Sequence record: NC_061444.1
DNA length: 64,000 bases
Direction: 5' to 3' (one strand)
This document shows, piece by piece, positions 1 to 9,259 of this stretch. Under the pieces are notes generated by a model. The model worked only from the letters and a program-made list of their open reading frames with translations. It made no database searches and had not been told where the DNA came from. The first letter of the stretch is position 1. Every line of letters starts with the position of its first letter. A program made the position numbers and the translations under genes.

Positions 1-147
1 CGGTGCGATATCCTTTTCTGTGGTAGCATCATCAAACGTACCGCCAACAACACGGAACGTCAGAGCGTCAGTATGGCTCTGGATAGTTACGTTACCAGAC
101 CACGACTGCGCACCAGTAGCTGATACTACAGGAATCATTTCAGCCAT
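1..147 (-). CDS. Hypothetical (probably virion) protein, runs off window edge
   Basis: Not in ORF track. ATG at 147 with GAGGTG RBS; 49 open codons MAEMIPVVSATGAQSWSGNVTIQ... to position 1. Confidence 0.7.
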   Translation of the reverse strand, partial: MAEMIPVVSATGAQSWSGNVTIQSHTDALTFRVVGGTFDDATTEKDIAP

Positions 148-171
148 TGTTCACCTCACGATGCGGAAACT

Positions 172-194
172 AAAAAGGGCGCCCGAAGGCACCC
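172..194 (-). terminator. Rho-independent terminator
   Basis: Minus strand GGGTGCC-TTCG-GGCGCCC-TTTTT just after stop at 203. Confidence 0.8.
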
Positions 195-202
195 TGTGAG
201 GA

Positions 203-1384
203 TTAGGCTCCGGCGCCTTCTGAGGCTTTATAGCCTTTGAGGAAGAAGATACGCATACCGGTGTTGTTCGGACTGTTAGCAGTCAGAGCTTTGTAGGTAC
301 GCTTCTTCGGTGTGCTACCGTCGTCTTCCGTTTCGTTGTACACCTGCACGTCGATCTCAGTACCGTTAGAGATAACGTCAGCAGACGCATAACCAATGAT
401 ATCCATTTCGTACGGGTAGCTGTAGCGCTGGGTATTGAAGCCCGCAGGCAGACGGAAATCGAAGTGGTTATCTTCGGAGAACGGAACCATCTGATACGGG
501 TTGATAACAGCAGAGCTATCAGCGCTGTGTACGTGTGCCGGTGCTGGTACAGTCGGTGCGTTCACGTCTGACTCACGCACGGTGAAGCGCATGATCTGGA
601 ATGAACCTGGGCTGTACGATACCGGACGCACTTCGATATCGTTGTTGATTGAGCCGCCACCGTTCACGCTGAACATACAGAACAACGGAGCTTTGCCGTC
701 AACCACAACAGTACCATCAGAGTTGATAGCACGTTGAACAACGAGCCATGAAGCGCGGCAGCCATCAGAGTCACGACCCTCAACACCGATATGCAGCGCG
801 AAGCCGTGATCAGTGAAGGACAGGTGATACGTGAACGGAGTCGCTTCCGGGTCGGCCCAAATCAGGCTGTCAGTGTTCTGCTGACCAGCAGTGGCATTGG
901 TGGCGTTCGTCGGGTAAGACATAGTACCACCGTAATAAACGGAGTTACTTGGTCCTGCGATACCACGATGATAGAAGCACACATCGTTATCACCAGTAGT
1001 ACCGCCAGTAATGCCAGTGTAGCGGGCACCAATCTGACCAGCATATTCAGGTACACCGGCAGCGCTGGTGGCAGCCGTACCGGTCTTGGCGATAGTACCA
1101 GTATCAGAAATCTGCTCAGGCGCAGCACAGTACAATTGAGTGCGCTTCTCTGTGCCCTTCATGGCGATACGCCAGCGTTGTTTACCTGTGCCAGTACCCG
1201 CCAGAGGGTCGATAGTGTTTGTCGCTTCGAGAACGAAAGACACAAGGTCAGTTGTAGGCAGAGAGGACGCGATAGTTCCGTTGTAGCTCACCAGCTGGAA
1301 TCCGTTAGCGATCATATCCTCAAGGATTGAGCGCCACATCTTCAGGTTGCTGGTGAAGCCAGATTTAACAATCAGTTTGTTCAT
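203..1384 (-). CDS. Putative virion/tail-associated structural protein, paralogue of 1404..2390
   Basis: 393 aa, Gly/Thr/Ser-rich; shares FTDHGFALHIGVEG, WLVVQR, PLFCMFS, MDIIGYASADVIS, NTGMRIFFL motifs with the neighbour; in the tail operon. Confidence 0.65.
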   Translation of the reverse strand: MNKLIVKSGFTSNLKMWRSILEDMIANGFQLVSYNGTIASSLPTTDLVSFVLEATNTIDPLAGTGTGKQRWRIAMKGTEKRTQLYCAAPEQISDTGTIAKTGTAATSAAGVPEYAGQIGARYTGITGGTTGDNDVCFYHRGIAGPSNSVYYGGTMSYPTNATNATAGQQNTDSLIWADPEATPFTYHLSFTDHGFALHIGVEGRDSDGCRASWLVVQRAINSDGTVVVDGKAPLFCMFSVNGGGSINNDIEVRPVSYSPGSFQIMRFTVRESDVNAPTVPAPAHVHSADSSAVINPYQMVPFSEDNHFDFRLPAGFNTQRYSYPYEMDIIGYASADVISNGTEIDVQVYNETEDDGSTPKKRTYKALTANSPNNTGMRIFFLKGYKASEGAGA

Positions 1385-1403
1385 GAGTTGTTGTCCCCTT
1401 TAA

Positions 1404-2390
1404 TTAAGCAGCGTCGCCGGTGCCAATAGGAAGCATCAGACGCATACCACGGTTGTCTTTACCGTTAGCGTTCATGCCCAGGTATTTGGTTTTGTTCGTT
1501 GCTTTCAGCGGGTTCAACTGAACTTCGGAGCCAGCAGAGAGAACGTCAGCAGACGTATAACCCAGCATATCTAGTGTAGCGAAGTACACATAGCGCTGAG
1601 TGTTGATCATCTGCGGGAACAGAACGATAGCACGGTTACCTTCTGCAATCATAACCTGCTGGAGCGGGTTGATGATAGGAGCAGAGTCAGGCGTCGGCTG
1701 CACAGCAGACAGTGGAACCGTAGCAGAGTAGATACCCTCTTCGATTACAGTGTAGCGCTGAATAGCGTCTGGCTTGAATGTGTCCGGATCGCCTGCCAGA
1801 CCACCGCCGCAGGAGAAGATTGCGAACAGAGGGCTTTGATCGCCAGGCTTAGTGTCAGTAGACTGAACGCCGCGCTGAACAACGAACCAGCTAAATGCAG
1901 TACCGGTGTTATCGAAACCTTCTGCGTTGATGTGCAGAGCGATGCCGTGGTCGGTAGTGATGAAGTCATACGTCAGAGGGTATGCAGACGTATCAGCAGT
2001 TGGGTCCATCTTCCAGTCGTTGGTCAGATCGATGAAGAAGTTAGTCATCAGACCAGACTTAGACATACGGCCAATTTCAACGGTGTCAGAGCGTTTTGCT
2101 GCGCGGTAGTCAGTGCTGTTTACCTGATTATCCGGCAGGACGTTTACAGCCAGAGTTTTGTCCGCGTCACTTGCAGACAGGATGATGCCCCACTTCTGAT
2201 TCTGATACAGAGGATCGACAGCATCAGAAGCAAGCAGATAGAAAGTCTTAGCAGTAGGTGTTACGGTGGTTCCTGTCTTGCCGTCAACAGCTACAAGCGA
2301 GAAGCCAGCCGTAATCATTTTGCCAACGAGATCGCGGGTCAGGTTTTCCAGACCTACGAGCTTAGTAGCATTTACACGTTGAATAGCCAT
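1404..2390 (-). CDS. Putative virion/tail-associated structural protein, paralogue of 203..1384
   Basis: 328 aa; TTDHGIALHINAEG, WFVVQR, PLFAIFS, LDMLGYTSADVLS, NRGMRLML match the neighbour. Confidence 0.65.
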   Translation of the reverse strand: MAIQRVNATKLVGLENLTRDLVGKMITAGFSLVAVDGKTGTTVTPTAKTFYLLASDAVDPLYQNQKWGIILSASDADKTLAVNVLPDNQVNSTDYRAAKRSDTVEIGRMSKSGLMTNFFIDLTNDWKMDPTADTSAYPLTYDFITTDHGIALHINAEGFDNTGTAFSWFVVQRGVQSTDTKPGDQSPLFAIFSCGGGLAGDPDTFKPDAIQRYTVIEEGIYSATVPLSAVQPTPDSAPIINPLQQVMIAEGNRAIVLFPQMINTQRYVYFATLDMLGYTSADVLSAGSEVQLNPLKATNKTKYLGMNANGKDNRGMRLMLPIGTGDAA

Positions 2391-2397
2391 ATGGTTA

Positions 2398-3183
2398 TCA
2401 CTCCATTACCAGATAGGTTACAGTGAGTTTCGGTTTCGATGGTGATGTACCGATATTCTTCATACGCCATGAGATTGTAGGCGTATTGTCTTTGTTAGAC
2501 AAGAAGGAATATCGACGCAGCTTACGAACGATAGGATTATTGTCTTCATCCACGTCAGTAAACACACCATCATCTTCGAGAAAATTAGCAGTGGAACGGA
2601 ATATATACGGGTTTCTGTCATCACGAAGTGTACTTTGATATGCAGTCAATTCCACGTCAAAGGCGTTCAGTTTAACAGAAAGCAGCATAACCGTTTTGTT
2701 CATCGCCAGATCGAAATCAAGCTGTTGGCCGGGCGTAATGTAGTCAGCGGCTTCGTACTCTACAGTCTTACGCACACCTGCCTGTTCATTACCACTCATA
2801 TCGGCCCAAAACATTGTGCCATTCGCACCAGACATGAGGGTCATACCCGCATACTCAGGTTCTGGCACTTGCTTACTTGGGTCGAGTCCAACAACCGTTA
2901 GACCTGTTTCATCCACAGCAGTAACGAACGGTGACTCAAACTTATAGTTCGAACCACCGAACTTCGCTTCTTCCCACGTCACGTTGTCTGCACCAAGCTG
3001 ATACATCTTCTTGGTCTCAGTGACGTAACACAACATCCCCGGCTTTTTATTACCGACAGACATTGTATCACGATCATTGAGCGTAGGCAGACAGCGCATA
3101 CCCCCTCGAAGATATTTGTCTTCAAGGAGGTATGGGAGTGCTGCGGATGCTGGCAACAGGAACGAAGTCATGTTAACCGGCAT
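2398..3183 (-). CDS. Putative tail fibre-associated structural protein
   Basis: 261 aa; N-terminal TLNDRDTM..GNKKPGMLCYVTETKKMYQL resembles a motif common in phage fibre proteins; operon context. Confidence 0.5.
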   Translation of the reverse strand: MPVNMTSFLLPASAALPYLLEDKYLRGGMRCLPTLNDRDTMSVGNKKPGMLCYVTETKKMYQLGADNVTWEEAKFGGSNYKFESPFVTAVDETGLTVVGLDPSKQVPEPEYAGMTLMSGANGTMFWADMSGNEQAGVRKTVEYEAADYITPGQQLDFDLAMNKTVMLLSVKLNAFDVELTAYQSTLRDDRNPYIFRSTANFLEDDGVFTDVDEDNNPIVRKLRRYSFLSNKDNTPTISWRMKNIGTSPSKPKLTVTYLVME

Positions 3184-3193
3184 CTTATTCTCC

Positions 3194-6100
3194 TTACGCG
3201 ATACCTGAACCTGGGTTAGATGAACCGTAGGTCAGTTTGAACGTATACGCCAGACCATCAAACGGGAAGTCGTTACGATAGATAACGTAATCAACACCGT
3301 TGATAGTTACTTCGGCAGGACCAGCAAAGTTGAAGTCATCGAACTCCAACGCACCATCCCATGAACCAGCAAAGCCCTGCACAGATTCGACGAAGTAACC
3401 ATAGCCCAGAGACTTCGGCCACGCAACGTAGAAGAACACGTTGTTCGAACTTGTACTGGTATTTCCCGGACAGTTCAGGAGTTGCTGACCAGTCGTAGTC
3501 AGAGCGGTTTGCAGACCCTGTACGAACTGCGCATCATAACCGCTGGTGGACTTGATCTTAGAGTGATAGCCGAAGCGAGCACCCAAGTCAGAGGACTGTT
3601 GCGGTTTGAGCGTAACGTCTTTCGTCGCAGTAACCGTCTTACCGTTCTTAACGTAACTAACGGTGATGGTCACTACAGCGTCAGCAGTAACAGCGTTAGA
3701 CTTCAACGAGCCACCAGCAACGCTCAGGCCTGTTGCAGTGCCGGACTTCACAGCTACCGACCACGTTGTACCGCTATCAGCAGTCACATCAGGCGTAGTG
3801 CCGTCAGACAGCGTAGCAGTCGCAGTGTACGCAGTAGTCACACCGCCGATGATTGAAGCAGGACCAGTGATAGTCACAGAGTCAGGCGTCGGTGGAGCTG
3901 GCGTGTTCGTCACAGTCAGGTTCGCAGTCTGCGATTGACTGTTATACGATGCAGTACCAGTGATGATTGCTGTCTGCGTCGTGCTTACCGTGTTACCGAC
4001 AATCGTGTTGTTGCCCGGGAACGTGAAGCCTGTAGTAGAACCAGAGCTACGCGTAATAACAGGCGTCAGATCGACAGTCGTGCTATCAGAGAACGTCAGG
4101 CGAAGAATGTACGTACCAGTCTCACCTTTGTTCACAGCAGTAGGACCAATCAGCTCGCGCTTAGTGATCGTTGCTGCCTGATTGATAAGCTGAATCACTT
4201 TCTCAGGTGCATACGTCTTACCGTCAACAGTCACGTTAGCGGCACGAAGCGTAGCAGTCTGGTTCTGGCTAATCGAGTTAGCAGGTACGGTCAGCTTCAC
4301 GCGAGTTGAAGTAGAACCGACAGACATAGTTGCATACGCAGCGCCTTGAGGCAGTGACCACGTTGGCAGAGAAACATACTCATTCGTTGCGCCAGACAGG
4401 CGAGTAACACGAACGAGGTAATCACCAGATACAGTACCCTCAGTGATAGAGTCTGGACCGATGATTTCAACGGTGCTCACATCGTCAGTAGGACCGACAA
4501 CAGTGAACTGGACGTTGCCTGTCTTCGATACAGTACCGACAGTTGCAACTACGTTGAGCTGGAACGTCAGAGTGCCGAAGAAACCGCTGAGTGCTTTCTT
4601 GGTGCGAATGCGCCAGCCGGTCGTGCCGCCAGCAACAATCTCAAAGTATTCTTGAGCAGCAGTTGACAGCGTGTAAGACAGTTCACCGCTAGCACCCTCA
4701 CGAGTAGTAGAGTCAGAGAACGTCAGGGTGCTGTGCAGGTCACGCGTCACACCAACAGCAGTACCGAAGTCAAACACAGGCGATGGTGCCAGCGGCTGAA
4801 CGGACAGCAGAGTGATAACGATGATGTTCTTGACCAGTACAGACTTCTGAGCGTTACGCCCATCGTAAGTCGCACGAATCAGAACAGTCGTGTCCTGAGT
4901 TACTTCACCAGCAGACAGCACACCAGTTTGCGCGATGCTTGCAACAGCGCTACCCTGAATCACAGACCACGTCGGTGAAGCTACCTGACGATCAGTACCG
5001 TCAGAAAGAATTTCCCACGCAGTGAACGTCGCAGTGGTATTCTCGTTCATCGAGTCTTGACCACGAATCTCCAGAGAGGTCACAGTCGGTGGGTTGCCAA
5101 CAATAGACACAGGCAGAGTTGCAGTCTTCGTGATACCGTTTTCAGTGTACGACGCGTACAGCGTTACGCTGGTGTTAGCGATAGGTACAGCGCCAACAAC
5201 CAACTCAGAGTTGCTGAACGTAGCGTACTGCGAAGTAGCCTGCAAACGGAACTCGTTCGGACTAATCGTTGCAGTGTGTCCGTCAGAGTAAGTGGCCAGT
5301 ACGGTATAAGGCGTAGTGGTCTTCTCTTGAACAGACGACGGACCGACGATCTTGATGCTCGACAGGTCAACTACAGGCACAACATTCATGATAAGAATAT
5401 CAAGAGTTGCAGTCTTCGTGATGCCGTCCTCCGTGTACGAGGCAGACAGTTTCACAGGAATGTCAGAAGACACTTTACCTGCGTTGACAGTCTTGTTCAC
5501 GATAGTAACGATATCGAGACGGTCTGCGGTGAACGTAGTCGGGTCTACCAGTTTGGTGTGACCGTCAGAGTACGTAGCAAGGAACGTATAGTTCGCGCTT
5601 TCTTCACTGCGGATTGTGTTAGCACCCTGAATAGCGAGAGAGGTCAGCGTTATCGCAACGTCTTCTTTCAGGATAGTAACGGTCTTGTTGCCAGAGACTG
5701 TCTGATCAGCAGTGATGTACGTCGCAGTCAGGACAACAGTGCGGTCCTGAGTTGTCTCTTTCTTCGCAGTCACCACGTTGCCACTGATAGTGGTGTACGT
5801 AGTAGGTGCAGCAGTGAAAGAGTTCGGCGTAATCATTTCAGTGTCGCCGTTAGACCACGTGATTTTAAACGTGTAGGCAGCACTTGCCTGAGATGCGATG
5901 GTAGCAGAACCCAGCACTTCGAGCAGCGTGATCATCTGAGCCTTAACAGTGACGTTCTTCGTCGCGCTAAAGGTCAGGCCGTTGTACTGATAGGTCGCAG
6001 TCAGTTTGGCCACTGTATCTGTAGAGACTTTCTTCGCAGTGCCTTGCAGACCAACAAGAGACATAGCTTCCGTCTTATCTACCGTGAAGTTCGACGGCAT

Positions 6101-7204
6101 GACAGTTGCAACAGCACCAGACTTGTAGCGAGCAGTCACGGTGTAGGTCTCTTTCTGCTTATAGAACAGCGAGTCAGCACCAACGATAGAGATAGACACC
6201 AGCTCGTCGTCAGGGATGAATGCGTTCTTAATCAGCAGGTCGTAGGTAGCAGACACCCAGTTGCCATAAACAGGGTCGCGCTTACGTGCAGTGACTTTTA
6301 GCACAACGTCAGCAGCGAGGTCAGGCGCAGTCACAGTACCGTCTTGCGCGATAGTCACACCGATAACGTTCTCTTCGATGGACCACTCAATGCCAGTAGG
6401 GTTGTGCTCAATGCTGTTAGACCATTCAGCGTCGATGTTCAGCTTGACGCTACTATTGTCCGACATGTAGCTTGCATTGCCCGGCAGGCTGATACGCAAG
6501 TTAAGCAAGTGAGGAGATTCCCACTCGACGTTATCAGCAGTAGCTTTCACCCACTTGCCGATATACTTGTTCGGGTTAACAGGGTCTTGATCGACAATCG
6601 CCAGAACATACCCAGGCTGCGGTTCGTTAGAGCTTGCGACTTCAACGAATGCTGTGGAGTTCAGGCGAATCATGGTACGCGCATAATCAGGGTGATCATG
6701 ATTAGTCGGGTAACGCGCATCGCTCATACGTGGGTCAGAGCTTGACACTGCGATTGGCATCGTAGGGTCAGAAGGTTCGGTCTTAGTAACGATGCTACCA
6801 AGACGGCTGGTGGTCGCGTGTGCGATTTCCAGATCACCTACTTCGATACCCAGGTCAGATGCGTTCTCTACAACGCGACGGAAGAACTGCTTCTGTGCAA
6901 ACAACTGCGCATAGTCATTCACGGTTACCCATGAGCCACGGTGGTTGCCGTCAGATACAGCAGAGGTACGACGCAGAACATACTGATACTGAGGGCTACC
7001 AGTGTTTGCGTCAATCCAAATCAGGTTGTACGGCTTTTCAGAAAACGATGGCTCAGTCAGAGACACAACAACCTGATGCACTTCCGTTTGATCGTTCGCA
7101 TTGGGGCGGAACAGGAAAGTGATTGGGTTACGTGGCGTCAGACCGCGAGTACGAGCCAGAGCGATATACTGTTTAGCAAAGCCGTCGATCGTGGTTACGC
7201 TCAT
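3194..7204 (-). CDS. Large Ig-like repeat virion protein (tail/fibre accessory)
   Basis: 1336 aa; about 10 repeats of ~90 aa starting L/V-x-S-I-x-I-x-G-x-x-S/T-I/V and ending TATL/K-x-V/I, typical of bacterial Ig-like domains; N- and C-terminal modules are paralogous to adjacent small genes. Confidence 0.8.
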   Translation of the reverse strand: MSVTTIDGFAKQYIALARTRGLTPRNPITFLFRPNANDQTEVHQVVVSLTEPSFSEKPYNLIWIDANTGSPQYQYVLRRTSAVSDGNHRGSWVTVNDYAQLFAQKQFFRRVVENASDLGIEVGDLEIAHATTSRLGSIVTKTEPSDPTMPIAVSSSDPRMSDARYPTNHDHPDYARTMIRLNSTAFVEVASSNEPQPGYVLAIVDQDPVNPNKYIGKWVKATADNVEWESPHLLNLRISLPGNASYMSDNSSVKLNIDAEWSNSIEHNPTGIEWSIEENVIGVTIAQDGTVTAPDLAADVVLKVTARKRDPVYGNWVSATYDLLIKNAFIPDDELVSISIVGADSLFYKQKETYTVTARYKSGAVATVMPSNFTVDKTEAMSLVGLQGTAKKVSTDTVAKLTATYQYNGLTFSATKNVTVKAQMITLLEVLGSATIASQASAAYTFKITWSNGDTEMITPNSFTAAPTTYTTISGNVVTAKKETTQDRTVVLTATYITADQTVSGNKTVTILKEDVAITLTSLAIQGANTIRSEESANYTFLATYSDGHTKLVDPTTFTADRLDIVTIVNKTVNAGKVSSDIPVKLSASYTEDGITKTATLDILIMNVVPVVDLSSIKIVGPSSVQEKTTTPYTVLATYSDGHTATISPNEFRLQATSQYATFSNSELVVGAVPIANTSVTLYASYTENGITKTATLPVSIVGNPPTVTSLEIRGQDSMNENTTATFTAWEILSDGTDRQVASPTWSVIQGSAVASIAQTGVLSAGEVTQDTTVLIRATYDGRNAQKSVLVKNIIVITLLSVQPLAPSPVFDFGTAVGVTRDLHSTLTFSDSTTREGASGELSYTLSTAAQEYFEIVAGGTTGWRIRTKKALSGFFGTLTFQLNVVATVGTVSKTGNVQFTVVGPTDDVSTVEIIGPDSITEGTVSGDYLVRVTRLSGATNEYVSLPTWSLPQGAAYATMSVGSTSTRVKLTVPANSISQNQTATLRAANVTVDGKTYAPEKVIQLINQAATITKRELIGPTAVNKGETGTYILRLTFSDSTTVDLTPVITRSSGSTTGFTFPGNNTIVGNTVSTTQTAIITGTASYNSQSQTANLTVTNTPAPPTPDSVTITGPASIIGGVTTAYTATATLSDGTTPDVTADSGTTWSVAVKSGTATGLSVAGGSLKSNAVTADAVVTITVSYVKNGKTVTATKDVTLKPQQSSDLGARFGYHSKIKSTSGYDAQFVQGLQTALTTTGQQLLNCPGNTSTSSNNVFFYVAWPKSLGYGYFVESVQGFAGSWDGALEFDDFNFAGPAEVTINGVDYVIYRNDFPFDGLAYTFKLTYGSSNPGSGIA

Positions 7205-7833
7205 TCATTATTCTCCAGAATGTCGGTCGCAATCAGATGGCCGTAAGACGCTTTCGCTGACGTGTCGGCAATGAAGGTAGAACCATTGTCGCCTACGTCT
7301 GCGTCCATGTTCACTTTGTCCTGCACAGTCTTCACTTCGACCAGAGGCTTCTCGGCGTGCATTTCATCGTGAGGCAGCGGTGTACGCTTGTCAGTGTTAC
7401 GCGGGTCAGATACAGACACGAACGTAGGACGACCGACAGTAGCAGGCTCAGTAGTCAGGCGCGCGATACCATACGTGTCAACAGACGCGTTAGGAATATC
7501 ACCACCGCCACTGATATCAGACGGATCGTAATACTGAGGCGCCCAGAGCGAGTTGAAGTTCTTCACTTCTTCCCACGTATTCTGATAACCACCAGCAGGA
7601 GTTTTAGACTTACGTGCAAGGAACTTGCGATAGAACGCGCTGTTCACTTCCATGCAGAGCCACACGACGTTCATCGGTAATACAACACCAACAGGTTCTG
7701 CTGATGCAGTGATGAACGTACAACTGATGTTGAGTGTCGGGTTAATCTGACGAACGATTTGGTCTTTCGACGTGTCGTCCATGAATCCCGTAACAGCCAA
7801 CAGAGCAGCAGCGATTTCATTCAGTGTAGTCAT
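7201..7833 (-). CDS. Structural protein, paralogue of the N-terminal module of 3194..7204
   Basis: Start moved to ATG 7833 (GGAG RBS; upstream stop at 7844); shares W...S..Y...L.R and SDPR.TD.R.P..HD motifs. Confidence 0.6.
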   Translation of the reverse strand: MTTLNEIAAALLAVTGFMDDTSKDQIVRQINPTLNISCTFITASAEPVGVVLPMNVVWLCMEVNSAFYRKFLARKSKTPAGGYQNTWEEVKNFNSLWAPQYYDPSDISGGGDIPNASVDTYGIARLTTEPATVGRPTFVSVSDPRNTDKRTPLPHDEMHAEKPLVEVKTVQDKVNMDADVGDNGSTFIADTSAKASYGHLIATDILENNE

Positions 7834-7843
7834 AACCGCTCCG

Positions 7844-8482
7844 TTAATCAGTAGGCTTGCCGAGTTCAGATTCACGTACCTTACGCCATTGAAGCGTATT
7901 GTCTTCAAGCACCATTACCTGATTCACGGCAGGAACCAGCTGGTCTTTGATAGGCACATGTTCTTCGCCAAAGCTACCGTTGATAGAGATCATAGTAGCA
8001 GGCTTCTCAGGGTGAGTGTGGTCTTTTGGATCACGGTTGTTCGTCAGCGTTTCATCGCCTTCCATCACAGCGCGTGACTCAGCTTCTGGGTATGACAGAT
8101 ACCCTATACCGCGAGTGATCGCAGTCGCCAGAGGAGGCAGAGCACGGTTGATGATTTGCAGATCGTTCGGGTCATACGCTTGTTCTTCCATAGCATCGTC
8201 ATAGAAGTACAGCGCAGTCCAAACGTCTTTGTACGGGTCAGCCTGATCTTTCGTCGTGCGCTTGAACGCCGTGCGGAAAGTAGGCGACTCAGGGTCGTAG
8301 TCAATCCAGATCGCATTGACCGGAAGGACTACAAAACGCGGAACTGCATACGAGCAGTAGAACAACAGACCTAACTGCGAACCCTCTTTGGGAAGACGGA
8401 ACAGGATTGGGTTTTTGTTCTGCTGGTGGATATTCGTAAGCAACTCAACGTTACTGATGAACTGTTCAAGTTTCAGTTCCAT
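7844..8482 (-). CDS. Structural protein, paralogue of the N-terminal module of 3194..7204
   Basis: 212 aa; NPILFRLP, IWIDYDPESPTFRTAFKRT, NNRDPKDHTHPE vs NPITFLFRP, IWIDANTGSPQYQYVLRRT, DARYPTNHDHPD. Confidence 0.65.
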   Translation of the reverse strand: MELKLEQFISNVELLTNIHQQNKNPILFRLPKEGSQLGLLFYCSYAVPRFVVLPVNAIWIDYDPESPTFRTAFKRTTKDQADPYKDVWTALYFYDDAMEEQAYDPNDLQIINRALPPLATAITRGIGYLSYPEAESRAVMEGDETLTNNRDPKDHTHPEKPATMISINGSFGEEHVPIKDQLVPAVNQVMVLEDNTLQWRKVRESELGKPTD

Positions 8483-8512
8483 TGTGTTCTCCGTTTACCA
8501 GAAGCGGTGATT

Positions 8513-8520
8513 AAAATTAT
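8513..8520 (-). promoter_or_regulatory. Putative phage promoter motif B (TAATTT)
   Basis: Minus strand ATAATTTT, 31 nt upstream of start 8482. Confidence 0.4.
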
Positions 8521-9212
8521 ACAGGGTCGCCTGACTTAGGACTGGTCGAGCCGTATTTAATACGGAACACGTAGTCGAGACTATCGAACGGGAAGTCGTT
8601 GCGATAGACAACATAATCAAAGCCACCGAGACTAACTTCCGCTGCACCCTGGAAGTTGAAGTCATTAAACTCCATAGCGCCGTCCCACGAACCAGCAAAG
8701 CCTTGAACAGTCTCTTGGAAGAATCCATAGAGTAAGCGCTTAGGCCACGCTACGTAGAAGAAGCGGTTGTTGTCAGAAGTAGATTCGTTCGGAGGACAAG
8801 TGATTAGCTGAGGACTCGACTCACCGAGAACAGTAGTCAGAGAACGGAAGAAGGTGTCATTGTAGTCTTGAATCGACAACACTTTATTGTGTACGCCAAA
8901 TCGAGGACCGTATTCACCGCTGAATGGCACAGACACACGTACCTTGTTCGACGTTGCGTTAAGCGTTGTACTAACGTTATATGCCTTAGCAACAATGTCA
9001 TGCTCGCCTGTGTCGAAAGGCAGAGTGAAGTCAAAGTACGCGCTGGTACCAGTAGTCGGCATATCAAGTGTCTTGAGCACCGTACCCGCTGCATTCTCAA
9101 TCTGGAGTGTACCACGCAGAGGTGGATTGTCCATTGCGACTAAGAAGCGCAGTTGTTTGTTACGCAGCGAGAAGCAGTATTCCAAGTTACCTTGAATGGT
9201 CAAAGTAAGCAT
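8517..9212 (-). CDS. Structural protein, paralogue of the C-terminal module of 3194..7204
   Basis: 231 aa; FFYVAWPK...VQGFAGSWDGA.EF.DFNF.G.AEV...G.DYV.YRNDFPFD nearly identical to the Ig protein C-terminus. Confidence 0.7.
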   Translation of the reverse strand: MLTLTIQGNLEYCFSLRNKQLRFLVAMDNPPLRGTLQIENAAGTVLKTLDMPTTGTSAYFDFTLPFDTGEHDIVAKAYNVSTTLNATSNKVRVSVPFSGEYGPRFGVHNKVLSIQDYNDTFFRSLTTVLGESSPQLITCPPNESTSDNNRFFYVAWPKRLLYGFFQETVQGFAGSWDGAMEFNDFNFQGAAEVSLGGFDYVVYRNDFPFDSLDYVFRIKYGSTSPKSGDPV

Positions 9213-9227
9213 AGAACCTCACAATAC

Positions 9228-9254
9228 AAAAAGAGGAGGACCGAAGCCCTCCCC
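9228..9254 (-). terminator. Rho-independent terminator
   Basis: GGGGAGGGC-TTCG-GTCCTCCTC-TTTTT after the sheath stop. Confidence 0.75.
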
Positions 9255-9259
9255 ATTGA

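Noticed and set aside
5057-6301. 414-aa plus-strand ORF
   Set aside because: Entirely antisense to the Ig-repeat gene; no RBS or recognisable motifs. Long antisense frames are expected from the host gene's codon bias.
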